In this document: positions 1 to 13,189 of the stretch, in pieces
How the letters are laid out: each line of letters begins with the position of its first letter
Numbering within the stretch: position 1 is the stretch's first letter
Assembly: GCA_965112155.1 (NCBI GenBank)
Contig: OZ218100.1
Length of the DNA stretch: 64,000 nt
Source: Podarcis liolepis
Lineage: Eukaryota
Strand: one strand, 5' to 3'
Notes under the pieces: model-generated
Databases searched by the model: none
What the model was told of the DNA's origin: nothing
What the model saw: only the letters and a program-made list of their open reading frames with translations
Made by a program: the position numbers and the translations under genes

Positions 1-359
1 GTTATTAAAATTGAACCAAATAAACAAGTTTATTTTATAAGCGTTAACAAGTTTATGGTTTCGCAGATAAAATTCTTGTCAGTTTCTTAACTTTAGTTTC
101 TTTACCGGCCTATACCTTCCTAATACCTTCTGACTGATTATATCAACTGTTTGACTGACTCCTCTTAACAGATTCTCTCACATCAGACTAGCCCAACCCA
201 CAGACTTATCCTCTCTCTCTTCTCTCTAACTCCAGACTGACTTCTTAACAACTCTAACACCTCCGCTTGTGTTCCTATTGGTTAATCATTTTACATTTAG
301 TTCACCCTTTCCTTATGAACACAGTATGATGTCACACACCTAGGAGGGCAAACGCCACA
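1..359 (-). mobile_element. Probable solo LTR (Gypsy/ERV-like), truncated by window start
   Basis: Minus strand begins TGTGGCG at 359 (TG start), carries a purine-rich stretch, and has AATAAA at ~30-35. Other end lies outside the window, so no TSD check is possible. Confidence 0.5.
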
Positions 360-735
360 GGAGGGCATTCAAAAAAATGGATTTGCTTGCTTTCATTTCA
401 TGCACAGCAAAAGCAATCAGTCCTTCTCCCCCACCCCCACCTCATTCATCATTGCACAAGGGAGCAGTCCCTGCATGGCAAAAGAGTTCTGCAGGTGCAA
501 GGGATTTTGACAGGTGAGCCAGGTGATTCACTTGACTTGACAAGCACGGTATGCCATGTTCTTCACAAGTGGATTGCCTTGCCCACCCGTCAAAGCTGCC
601 CATGGGGGAGGGCCAAATAATGATCTTGTCCCTGGAGCCAAAAGGTTCCCTACTGCTTCCTTATGGCAAGTGCCCAAATTGCCAACATTGTAATATAAAG
701 GGAATATCTCTAAATTACAAACTGTTATTACAATA

Positions 736-977
736 CAGTGGTACCTTGGGTTAAGTACTTAATTCGTTCCGGAGGTCCGTACTTAACCTGAAACTGTTCT
801 TAACCTAAAGCACCACTTTAGCTAATGGGGCCTCCTGCTGCTGCCATGCCGCTGGAGCACAATTTCTGTTCTCATCCTGAAGCAAAGTTCTTAACCTGAA
901 GTACTATTTCTGGGTTAGCGGTGTCTGTAACCTGAAGCGTGTGTAACCTGAAGCGTATGTAACCCGAGGTACCACTG
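736..977 (-). mobile_element. Tc1/mariner (pogo/Tigger-like) MITE, family A copy 1
   Basis: TIRs CAGTGGTACCT(T/C)GGGTT at both ends. TA at 734-735 and 978-979. Reverse complement of the copies at 2173, 16353 and 17675. Confidence 0.92.
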
Positions 978-2172
978 TACTTAGAAGTAACCTCCACGCC
1001 CTTCTCCAAAGTCAGTCAGTATTCCATACCTCTGAACATGCTGAGTCCTCACTTAGTGGGGATTGGGAAACTCCTCTCACTGTTTTCTTCCCAAAAGTTT
1101 TTGTGTTTTGGTACTTCTGCAAACTTTTTGAGTTTTGCAGGTCACCTCCTTCTTCTGCATGGGTGACGCAGAGAATTGTGATTGCTATATTTTACAAAAC
1201 ATTCTTTTTCGCAGACAGCTGTCATAGCATGGTACCTAAGCATGTGACCTCTGACCTAGGAAGCCCCTGGTTTGGATCTGTCATCTTCCATAAATAGTAG
1301 ATGGACTGGCAAGCTCTCACACACCATTTCCTTCCCAGTCTGCAATGAGGTAAAAATATCTATCTCCTTTTCTACTGAGACTTTAGCAAAGGTAAAAATA
1401 AATGGGAATAGATTTCCTGAACTAGTATATATCTGTTATACATCCAGTTAAATCCATGTACTTCAGTTTACCATGGATGTGAGACAGACAGAGAGACAAA
1501 AGCCAAAAAATATCTAAATGGGGGGAATTAAATGTTGGAGAGATGGAGAAGGGGGCCGTGTTTATGAAATACCTTAATTATGGTTTTATAGCAATGGATA
1601 CAGACATTATAGAAGAATTTTTATTGCAATCAATATAATGAAGTGGATGGAAGAAATGATGTCACCCTTATATTCTCTCTCCTGTCCTTTCTGTTGCAGA
1701 TATTACTCAAAAAACACAGGGGAGCAATTCATGCTGATTTGAGTTAGGTCCATTCAAATTGCAGAGAAGAGATTTCATGGCTGGACATGCACAGATTTCC
1801 TGCATTTCACTTACATAGTATAAGCCTATAGTATAGGCTTCTATAGAGAGCTGTCAGGCTGAGCAGCCTGTAGTAGGGACTTAAGCTGTTGGACTTTTAG
1901 GCTTATTAATTTGGTGGCAAGATGTTAAAGCTTCAACATATGCACACATATTAGAAATAAGCTAATGTAGGCATAGATAATAATATATAATAACTAAGGG
2001 GTCTTCTCTAGGGCTGTTTAGTTTGATATAATATTAAATACTTTGTTTCAGGATACTTGATATAAATAAGAAATTACTTATTGGTTATAGGGTATTAAAT
2101 TCATTCAAAAAATGAATAGCTAAGTTTTTAAGTTTGCAGATGTCAGTTTCTTGCAACAAAGGAATCCAGGTA

Positions 2173-2398
2173 CAGTGGTGCTTCAAATTACAGATGCTTC
2201 AGGTTACAGACTCCGCTAACCCAGAAATAGTACCTTGGGTTAAGAACTTTGCTTCAGGATGAGAACAGAAATCATGCAGCAGTGGTGCAGCAGCAGCGGT
2301 AGGCCCCATTAGCTAAAGTGGTACTTCAGGTTAATAACAGTTTGAGGTTAAGAACGGACCTCCGGAACGAATTAAGTTCTTAACCCGAGGTACCACTG
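2173..2398 (+). mobile_element. Tc1/mariner MITE, family A copy 2
   Basis: TA-CAGTGGT...GAGGTACCACTG-TA, with internal sequence shared with the other family A copies. Confidence 0.92.
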
Positions 2399-2468
2399 TA
2401 CAAAGGTGCTCAGGGTGCATGTTGTGATCAAAACAGACTCAAAGAGTACCTGACAGAACAGTCAGCGG

Positions 2469-2470
<2 letters not shown>

Positions 2471-2519
<49 letters not shown>

Positions 2520-2727
2520 TTATTTATACCCCGCCATTTGACAGGGTTTCCCCAGCGGCTTCCAGCAAATATAAAAACATTAAAAATGTCAAACATTAAA
2601 AATTTCCTGATACTGGGCTGCGTTCAGATGTCTTCTAAAAGTTCTTCATTTCCTTGACATCTGATGGGAGGGTGTTCCACAAGGAGGATACCACTGCTGA
2701 GAAGACCCTCTGCCTGGTTCCCTGTAA
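2471..2727 (-). mobile_element. L2 LINE 3' fragment with (TAA)16 tail microsatellite (2471-2518)
   Basis: TTTATTTATACCCCGCC followed by GGGAGGGTGTTCCACA...CTGAGAAGACCCTCTGCCTGG, typical of the antisense L2 3' end in lizards. Confidence 0.75.
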
Positions 2728-5700
2728 GAAAATACATCAGGTACTTTTGGAGTACCAAGAATGATGGCTCTGCTGAAACAGATCCTAGCCCAAGACACCT
2801 GAAGTTAAAATAAACAATATTTGGCCCTGAAGCTGTTCTTTCTGTTGTTTTGCTAAAATTGCAGTGTGATCTACTTTACAGGGTTGTTGCGAGCATAGAA
2901 GTCACTTTGGAAAACTTAAAATACTATTACAAAAATTATGGGGGTGCAGAGGATGGTTGTGATGAGAACTCGGTGTGCAGAGCCCCTTTGTAGTATGGGA
3001 ACATGGATTGCACCCAGTCTGCATACCCTCACCCAGGCAAGCCTGTCCCAGCAGACAGCCTAACACTAGATTGCTGAGAACCTACATGTAAAGGGCCCTT
3101 CTAGGTCATGTCTCAGATTCTTCCCCCCCCCCCTTTGATTTTTAAGCTGGGTTTGCTCATGATTTCAAACATGACCCCCTCCCCCAATTCAAAATCAGCG
3201 AGAGGCAGACTAGAGATATATAATGTTGTGGGTTTGTGGGTGCCCTGGTTCCCCCCAACTTGTGGGTACTCTGGCCTTCTCTGGATTGCTGGGTGCTGGG
3301 GTCACTGGAGAGATGATTTGCAGGGGGAAAGAAAGCACATGCAAAACCCCTCAGCCACGTCAAATAACATAAGCTCTACATTAACCTTGCATCCCACCCC
3401 GGAGAATTTCAGCAACAAAATTCCTAGCCTTTTGTCATTTCTGAATGAAATTTATTTTCTCAATATTTGATGGTGAATGAGAGAGAGAGAGCACTATTTC
3501 TATGTGTAAGTAACTTTGTTATATATACTGAGAAGCATTAAGTCATGAAAGGTCCCACCTGCGGTGTATCCCACATGTAGGTTTCCTTTCCCAGAGAGAA
3601 TTGTTTGGCAGATTGTGCTTCAGAAACGTTGCTCTAATTTCTCATAAGTCCATCCCATGGCAGTGAGAGGTGTTGATTTAATCAACCCTTGTGAACTATT
3701 GTTGAAAACATCTGATATATGCTCCCAGGGATGACATTTCAGAGCCAGAATTATTATTATTATTCCCTTTTCTGAACGTTTTTAATTATGAACAAATATT
3801 AGCAGACAAGCTAAAATGTGTGTCTATTTGAGACAGAAAGAAGCCAGTGTTTTAGAATGTCATTAATGCTAATAAAACCAGTTGAATGTAAAATCTGTGT
3901 TTTTCAAAAGAATAAATCCTCACAGCAATTAGCCTTCCTTTTTAACTTGAGTGTTTTAGCATAGATTGTTAGCTAATCAAGCTTGGAAATTGAAACAGAG
4001 TATGTTAAAAAAATGTTTATGACTAATATTGTAAGCAAGCGGTGTGCATAGTACTGTACTTGTTTTAGTGCTATAATAAAGTAAGTAGTGAAATCAGCAT
4101 TGCATCCATTTAGGTATAATTGTACAAATTGCTAGCTAATCTGACTGAGAAAATTGAACCAGGGCTTGAAAGAAGAATGCTATATGTACTATTAACTAGT
4201 GTGCTCAGCTAACTATTTAATGAATTTTTGAGATTACACCGTGGAATTGTGGTGGATTGTACTTCATATTAAAAGAAAAGAGTTCCTATACTTTTTATTT
4301 AACCTGCGTAAAGCAGGAGTAATGCAATAAAACTCCACAGAATTATAAGCAAAGTAAAAGTGACTCAAGCCATGGATAAATAAACTCCACTGCTTTTACT
4401 GTTGTCTGACAGGCTAAGCCACAGGCCTTTCATTAAAAATGTAAAACTGGACAAATATATAAAATTCACTGAAATAAATAGCTCAGTTTATCAAGCTGGC
4501 TGTAGTCAGCAGCTCAATGTATTTTGACATCCTCAACACAGCAGGGACTTAACTAGAGCTGTGGAAGCCTGGCTCAAAGGCTTGTGAACTTTCAAGAAGT
4601 TCAAAACAAAATAGCTTGAAAATTCATAAGACAGGGGGGGATTGACTCTCTGCTTCTCTCCTGCAAATTCTGTTTTATTGAAGGTTTTACATGCTGCGGT
4701 GCAGTGCACTCATGTGTGAACTATCTAGCCCTTTGGATATAAGCCTGATGGATTTGGAGTTTTTCAAGAAAGTAGAGAAGAAAGCAAAGTTTTCCCATAT
4801 GAAACAGGTAGGGTGGCTGGATGCAACAGAGAACAAGGTTTGGGAACTTTCAGTAGTTATGGAGAAGAGGGAATTTGGGACTCTTGCAGAAGTGAAAAAA
4901 AGAACTACACTGAATGGCTAAAGGAAGGAGAGCTACAGATGTAGATCTTACAAAACTTACTACCAAAATGGCCAAAAGCTGGATGTGGCTGATTGGTCCA
5001 GAGGGACAACTCATTTCAAGGCAAGAGAACTGGAATATTTTCCAAGTGAAGGCTGAAATATGATTTAAGAGAAGGGTGGAATCTTGCAAAGGGAGGGGAG
5101 TCAGAGGAACGGAGGTACAGGTGCATTGTAGGACAAAGGATTTGAATAGGATACAGCAAGCTGGGCCTTTGTTGAAATTGAATGAGGAGGAAAAGGCTTT
5201 AGGAGGGAGCAGGTGAAGCAGATGATGTCACCAGGGTGAAGGGAAAAGAATGAACTTCAAACTCCCACCCACCCACCCACCCACCCGCACACACACAAAC
5301 AAAAAATCTCCCCCAAGGTAGGGGGAGAGAAAGCAAATACTTTGTCTCATGGCCTTATAGCATTTGCTAGAAGATCGAGGGGAAGGAATCTGAAAGGCAG
5401 AAAGAGTTGCTGCTAATATTTGTAAAGGAATCACTGGAAAAGGCTTTGCTATCTTCCTAGAATGGACAGGTGCTCTATTTCGTAGAGAACAATCCTCTAT
5501 TGAGTGGCATCCAGAGGAGAATCCTCTGTTCAGGCTTTCTGATCTAAGTCCAGTTTCAATATGAAGGACCATGACAACGAGGATAATCAACAGTTGGCCC
5601 CTAAACTGCAGACTTAGCAGGCCCACAGGTTGCTAGATCACAATCTTCACCACTATGGTGAGATGGAATGCACTCCAGTTTCTATATTGTTGTATTACTT

Positions 5701-8004
5701 ATATCCTTTTGTACTCTGCTTTGAAGGAACACTGAGTCTGTTCTTTTAAAGGATAATCTTACTATGCATATTAGAAACTAGCTGTGTCTTTTCTTGTGAC
5801 CCCTTCCTTGGTCTGGGAACTGGTTGATTTGAACTACATCAAGTTAATCTGATATTATATATCTGTATTAATCAATGGGATATGTACTGAATATTCAGAA
5901 GAATTTTCTTTTCTTTTTTGTTACTTTTAATACAATTTCAACTTTTTTAAAAGGGCAGCAGAAGAAGCAGACCTGATCATACAAAGAAACCCTATGTGTG
6001 GGATGTGGGGCTAGTTTTTTAGACTGGTTATTGCGAGGGTTATTTTGGTCCTGTTGGACAGGCTATTGACTTGATACAGGAGGTTTTGTCTGGCCTTACA
6101 ACCTTTTCTGCTTTAATCAATTTCACTGTAATCACAAGACATGACTCACCCAAAGTTAAGCACCTGAAAGTTCCATTGATTTCAGTGAGCATGCGCTGGT
6201 GAGTGAGCTCCCCTTTGTACATCACTCTGAAAGCACAAAAAAGGAAGTAATTTCTTATTAACTTTCACCATTCCTTCTGGTAATGTGTGAAGCCACTCTT
6301 TGATTCCATTGTCATGGCTGTTTGAATTTTAGAAATCTTGTGATTGAGTTCACATCTTAAACATTTGTTTAAAAAGAAACAGAGAGGGATGTTATTTTTT
6401 TAAGAAAAGGATTTATGCCCATAAGACCTCCAAAGGATTTTCAGCTATGTTAGCTTACAATGGACATTCAACCTACAGACCTTCCCATTCTAAGAGGTAT
6501 TACTGCTTTGTATATTATTAGATACCCTATTATACCACCAAAACCAGAGCATACCCTTTTGTAGCAGTCAAACTCTGAGAGAATTAGCTCCATGTCATAT
6601 AACAATGGCAAAGTGTGAGATCATCCAAACAGAGCGCATGAACTCAATGAAAGTCACCTTCTCATTTAGCGCTCATTAGCGTCTAGTCTTGCCCCAGCTA
6701 TTGTGCAAGATAATTGAATTGTTTAATTTGCAAGCAAGGTTGTTTTAGCTGTTGTTTCCATCTCTCAATATTGAATGATACTTAACTCCCTTAAGAGTAA
6801 TTTAAACTGAAAGTTTATCTTTCCGTTGCATAGAGCACGAGCCCAGCCACCTTCTAATGAGTAAATAAACCATTCAGCACTTTAATCACTGTTGTTGTAC
6901 ACCTCGAAACTGCTATGTAAACTACATAAACACTTCTATGCTCTGCTACATATGTCACTTTCATTTTCTACAGTAGCTACTTACTTAGATTGGCATCTGG
7001 GAAACAAAACTTTTTTTAAAAAAAAGAATCCATTTCCTTTCAGCCAGCATGAACAAACCATTAACATTAGGTCTCTCTGCATACTAAAAAGCTTGCACGA
7101 TTAAGATGAGACCTATAAAAAGCAAAGGGAAAGTGAGATTCCAATACTGACTTGATTACTATGGGGAAAGTTGAAGAAGGTATTGCCTGTGGTATGCAAT
7201 GGCCAATGCTGCATTTGGAGCATTGTCAATCAGAGGACTCTACAGCTTTTGTTTTGTTTTTTATCCAGGGCATTTTATTACTTCAGTCGAGCTGCCATAT
7301 GTGATTTTATTTCTGCATCCTCAAGCCAAAGCAGATTAATGACTTTCCAAAGGTATATTATTAAGTGAATAGCAGAGATAAAACACCCAGTAAAATACCA
7401 CTAATTAGTGCTCATTAGGAGGCAACAATGATGGACTGAACACATAATAGCTAAGAGAAAAAATTACAAGGTGTCACTCCTTGATTAACAGGGACACTGC
7501 CAAAGGTTAAGCTATTACATGTTTATTTTACAATTTTCTTTCATTTTACCTAGGTTGTATTTTCCCTGAAAATGTGGCACTTTGCAAATTAAGTAGCTAC
7601 ACTTATTCCACACCTTAGGAGCACGATTCACAACATTTTAACTTTACCAGCCTGTCAGGATTCCTGCATCCTGCCTAGAAGCTGTTGAAATGATAATAAC
7701 ATATCTGAGGTGCAATTAAATGAAGCATAGTACATCATGACAGATTAGCAAATCATTTATCTTATTTGGAAAACTGTAAAAAAAAAGTAACCTCTAAAAT
7801 CTGATTTCTCTCTCTAAATGTGAATGAGATCCTCCTCGCTTAAAGTTTTCTAGATGTTCAGTCTTAGTGGTGTGAAAACAATGAGTATAATCCTTCCTTG
7901 ATTGTTTTAAACATCATCATTTAAAAAGCAAACAATAGCATTTTCCAGAAAATCTGAAATAAGCAACAAATTACCAAGGACGAGGAAACTCTGACTTTCT
8001 ATAT

Positions 8005-8104
8005 GTTGTTGGCTCCCAGCATCCCTGAGTGTTGGTTGTGCTAGCTGGGTCTGATGGGAGTTGGAGTCCAACAACACCTGGAGGCCACAGGTTTCCCATC
8101 CCTG
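8005..8104. mobile_element. Partial hAT-Charlie-type palindromic MITE
   Basis: CTCCCAGCATCCC...GATGGGAGTTGGAGTCCAACAACACCTGGAGG...TTCCCATCCCTG resembles the intact element at 24490-24625. Confidence 0.6.
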
Positions 8105-9869
8105 TTATACATCCTTACCTGGGACAAAGTCCCATTGAACATATTTCTGAGTAGACACAATAATTCATTTAGGGCTTAATCTGGCCAAAGCTATATCCAC
8201 TGATTTAATTCACCTATTTAATTCAGCCCAAATATGCAGTGATTTCAGTGTGAGACATAAGAACCTGCTTAATTTTTTCCCCAGTGAAATTATATTACCT
8301 ACAAATGTGCCCGTTCTTCATATTCCACTTGACAGTCTGCCACAAAGAATTTTGATTTTGAATTCTGCTGGTGGTGGTATGTGCACCTGGTGGAATTTCC
8401 ACAGGTTAAGAACTTTTACTACACCAACACTCCTTAGGAATTAAGGCCATGGACAGCACACAATAAATGAGAGCATGAATACATTCCAATTCAGGATATA
8501 TATGCTTTCCTGGAACAGTTGGGGCAAATGAAAAAACAACAACCCCAATTTCTGCAAATTCAGTTGTAATTCTGCATTTCCTTCTCCATAGCCCAACACT
8601 GTTGACGTATAATTGTATTATTATAAGCAGCCAACAAATGTTATTGTCATGCCAGGGCTGCTTTATTTTTATGACACTCTGGCCCTCATTCTTTGAAAGT
8701 TAATTTCTATGGAAACCCTGCCACAGAAACAACAAAAGGCTTTCAGTATCAAACACAACAAGCCCAGCTTTCCAGCTGTGTAAGGCGGGAGAAAGAGCAC
8801 CAATTATGCTTGGCTGAGATACCCTCATGCATGAAGGTCGTTGGGCCATCAGCAAGAAGCTGTGAAGTTCGGCAGGTACTCCTTGCAGAGAGCAGCAGAA
8901 GGGTAAAGTATTTCCATTCGTTATGCTCTTGGTGCATAGACACTTAGTCACCAGACAGTTAATAATTTTGAGATGAAACTGCATGCAGTTAGTGTGCAAA
9001 AGGGAAGTCGCCAATGCTGATGACTAAGCTCTATTAATATTATTGTCCTCTGGCTTAATCTGAGTGGTTAGCCAGTGCATTTACCCATTTCTTCTAAAAG
9101 GAAGAAGAGTGGGAGAAAATACAAAGAATTATATAAATATAGCAGACTTCTGTATTCTTGACTGTGTCATTTCAAATTATTTTTAACAGCAGTGTTCAGT
9201 ACAGTTTGTAGTTGCCTTTCAAAGCTCTCAGAGGTAAAGAGCTTTGCATTTTTGTTGTTGCTCGTGCCCAGTGATCTTGGTGGGGCAGCTAGGAGGTCAC
9301 ATGACATGGCCCAGTTGTTCTGGTGTTCTCCCCATTTTCCTCCCTTGCAGAGCTTTTGTGGACACTTAAGCCCTGCAGTTTTACAAATGGACAGCACCTA
9401 GCTGAACAAGTGCCCTACATTGATTCAGAAAGGACCCCTGCTGTCATAGTTGCTTCTCAGCTAGAAGATAGGTTGTGTGGCCACCACCTATCCTGATTCT
9501 CTCCCTAGCCTCCTCATTTGCAGTGAAATAGTGGACCTTTGAACATATGAATACTTAAGAATATTTATCAGTGAAGTGCCTTATCTTAGTTCAGAAGGGG
9601 TCACTGCTGTTGCAATTTCTAAATATGGATTCATTCCACAATAGACATACATTACTCAGAGATAAGCCTCACTGAATTCCCTCCACTGAATTGCTCTCTG
9701 ATATGTATATACAGGATTGCAGGCTGACTTGAATAGTCTCATGTGCCACAAAGGACTGTTAACAAGTGACTCCAACATTTTCCAGACCATTGGGAAAAGA
9801 TTATTCCCTTCCCATGGGTTATTCCCTTCTCCATATTTTGTCCAGAAATAAATGTGGAATGTGGAATAA

Positions 9870-10030
9870 AACAGTGGGAGCCCAGGGTTAAAATCAGCCA
9901 TGAAACTCGCTGTGTGACTTTCGCCAGTCACTGTCTTTCAGCCTGACCAACATCACAGCGTTGTTGTGAGGATAATATGAGGAAAAGAGAATGCCACCTT
10001 GAGCTTCTTGGAGGTAAATGTAATACCGGT
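9870..10030 (+). mobile_element. Degenerate CORE-SINE fragment
   Basis: GCTGTGTGACTTTCGCCAGTCACTGTCTTTCAGCCTGACCAACATCACAGCGTTGTTGTGAGGATAA is a CORE-domain-like sequence. Confidence 0.65.
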
Positions 10031-12675
10031 AAATAAGGAGTGCTGTGTATAATTTCTCAATAAAGTGAATATTTAGGTAACTATTTAAAATGGAGGACAA
10101 CATAAATATGAGTGGTGAATGAAATTCTGATTCACTACCTGGTATGCTTCCTGTAAGACAAAGGTAATGCTTGATAACCCATCTCTACTTAGATATTAAG
10201 CTGAAGAAGTTAGAGAATGCAAGAGATAATACTTTTCAGCCCGTATTTATTCCGAAGTAAATCCCATTTGTTTCCAATATGACTTACTTTAAAGTAAGTG
10301 CCCATTATACTTTCAGGTCAGCAAGGGTGCCATTTCATCGGTGTCTATGGAAAACAGTATGTTAGGAAAGACTAAATATACCATTTTTTCATTTTATATC
10401 ATTATTGAGTGAGCAACAGAATGAATCTAAATAGAAGTGAAAGTAAATTAAGATTTATCTCCCATATCCTCACCAGGAAATATTGTTCCTGTCTAAAACG
10501 CCAAATAATGAATTGCACATATGGGAAGCAAATTTTAACCTCTTCCCATTACTATTTTAACCTGTTCCCATTACCAAGTGCCACATAGGATTGCACCCTG
10601 ACCACCCATTCCTATGTTTATTTATCCACAAGTAAGCATAACTTTAGTTTTGGGATTTATTTCCAAACAAAGGGTGCCTAGAAGTGCAGGCTTTGTCTTA
10701 TGTGTAGTCCAAGAGCAGACATTCACTTGTGAATCTACAGAGATGATAGACTAGTCTAAAGTACAGCTCCTGACCTGAGGGAACTGTAGCTACTGGTCAT
10801 GGTGAGTGCTTTCCTTAATGGTACAACTGGGAACCTGCAGTTTATCTGCAAAGAGCTATAGCTCACCAAAGAAAGAAAAATAACAGGAGACAGCTTATAT
10901 TGGAGATCTTTAATTTAAAAGATGCATAGAGTTTCTGGTACCAGTTTGTGTTTGGTAGGACTGTAAAGAGAACTTGGAAAATAATACTATCCTATTTTCA
11001 GTGTGTGTCAGATTTTACACTGTATTATACAGAAAATAGGTTTCTATTACTTGAACAACCACATGCAGGCAGAAATTCAACAGCTGTAGCTGTTCCTCAA
11101 CATGCGGAAGCACTTCACCTCTTACATTTCTTCCAATTTTATTTTTAGTAAAAGCTGAGAAGTCTTCCCTGAAGTCTAAGTGGCAATGTTAATTAAAGAT
11201 TGGGGTAGTGGCGAGAGGTTGAGAATTGCTTATCCAGAACCAGTAGATTGGATTATATTAGGCTGAAACTGTACTGACTTCAATGATTGCCTTTTTATTT
11301 CTAAACTTGGCTGAAGATTCTAATTTTCACCTATAGTCTTCAATACTAAACTCCACTAGGGAGTACTATGAGCTCTATTAAGCCAATGTGAACTTTATTC
11401 TGAGTAAACATGCATAGGGTTGGATGATTAAAGTCCTACACAGTTGGGACCATTGTGTCTCTATAATGCCTGCCCCCAAACTCCATTGTTGTAGAACTGT
11501 CTTTCAAAGTTGTGTATAATAACAAAATCTGTTACTGGCTTGGGGTTGCATCTAACACTTAGTGAGAATGAGCCAACATATTGGTTCCTGGAGCAAATAG
11601 TGAAACCACAAAGCTCTTTCCTCCAGTTCGGCTGCTGCCATGTTGCCCAGGGCTAAGACATGGTGTTCTTATGTTTTGACTTTTTGTCCTCAGTGGATGT
11701 TCTCATTGGCATTTTTAGATGAAAATGGGGCATATTTTTAAATTCAAGTCCCTGAGTAATATTTTTTCCTCAGCTAAGTGATCTATTGTCACCAGGTTTG
11801 TTTAGTCATTTGGGCAGAAATGTGCTGATTAACTTATCAACTCAGTTGCATTTTAACTTGTTTTTTGTGTGTGTTTGTGTGTGCAAGTTCCTCTCAATTC
11901 TACCTCTTTGCTCACTTAACATGTCCTTGCTTACGTTGCGGGAAGAGCTGAACTGAGTTTTGGCATGACTGAAAGGAGGGACTCAATGCAAGCATTTAGT
12001 ACAGGCAGGTTTCCTAGATATTTTAGAACAACTTGTTTTCTAGGTCCCAAGAACTGCTGCTGCTGCTGCTGATGTTGGGGCTGGATTACTGAGGTGTTAT
12101 TTTATTTTCATAAGACAATAGTGGAGCTGGCATATGCATATGAAGTGAGCCACATCTGCAAACTCTCTTAAGGTGGTTATGGCACGAAGCACAGGGAATA
12201 GCTTTATTTGCTGAACATTGGTGTCAAGGCGTTTAGAAATAGAAGGGGAACAAGTAGAATAAAAAAAACTGGCAACCCTCACTACCACTTATGAAACGAA
12301 CATATTGTTACACAATGGGGCGGGTGCCCCTAAACACTAAAATTAATAAATGCTAGGATTTTGGGTTATTGGTGAATATAATCGAGAATATAAGCTGCAA
12401 AGGAATTCCTGGGTAACCTGGCCAAACTAGGGCTGTTATGAGAGCCATTGTGGGTCATTAACAAGACAATGGCACTTCCAGCACCAAGTATGACCAGAGA
12501 TTGCAGATTTGGAAGGTTGCCAGGGTAACTGTTCTGTGGGGAGGGCAAGGTGCTTCTGGAGAGAAGAAAGGGGAAGAAAGGGAGATCCATTTTGGTGAGG
12601 GAGAAGTAAGGACTGCCTGCAGTGCTCTGGACAATGCTGTAAGATCTGGATTCCATGCAGACTGAGGATGTAAAT

Positions 12676-13189
12676 TAGGGTTACCAGACGTCCCAGGGAC
12701 AGTCCCTGGATTTGCAAATCTGTCCCTGGACAAATTCCATCCCCGGAATGTTCCCAGATTTGCAAATCTGTCCCTGGGAAACGTGGCAGTGGCAGCCTCA
12801 ACAGCCCAGAGCCAGCCTGGTAGCACATTGGCTCTGGCTTGCTTCAGGAGCTGCTCGCTGCTGTGGCGCCCGCCATTTTTCCTTACCGGAAGTCCCCATA
12901 TGATGTGTCTTGTGTGCATATCATGTGTCCTGTGTGATCTCCTGCCCCCTTCCCCCTTTGTTTTGACTGATTGGGGGAAGCTTGGGGGTCGTGGGTGGAC
13001 TGCCGTTGCCCAGTTTTTAAAAAAAATATGTGCATTTATGTATCACAGGGTGCGAAAGAAGGGCTTTGCACCTTTATACAATATGCATGTATGCTTGGGC
13101 CCAGGGTCTTTTGCCTCACCATCCCCACTACTGACTCCCTGTTGCTACTCAGCTTCCCCGGATTCATTGAAAAAAATCTGGTAACCAGA
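12676..13189. mobile_element. hAT non-autonomous DNA transposon (MITE)
   Basis: Ends TAGGGTTACCAGA / TCTGGTAACCAGA. 8-bp TSD ATGTAAAT (12668-12675) / GTGTAAAT (13190-13197). Subterminal repeat GATTTGCAAATCTGTCCCTGG occurs twice. Confidence 0.8.
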
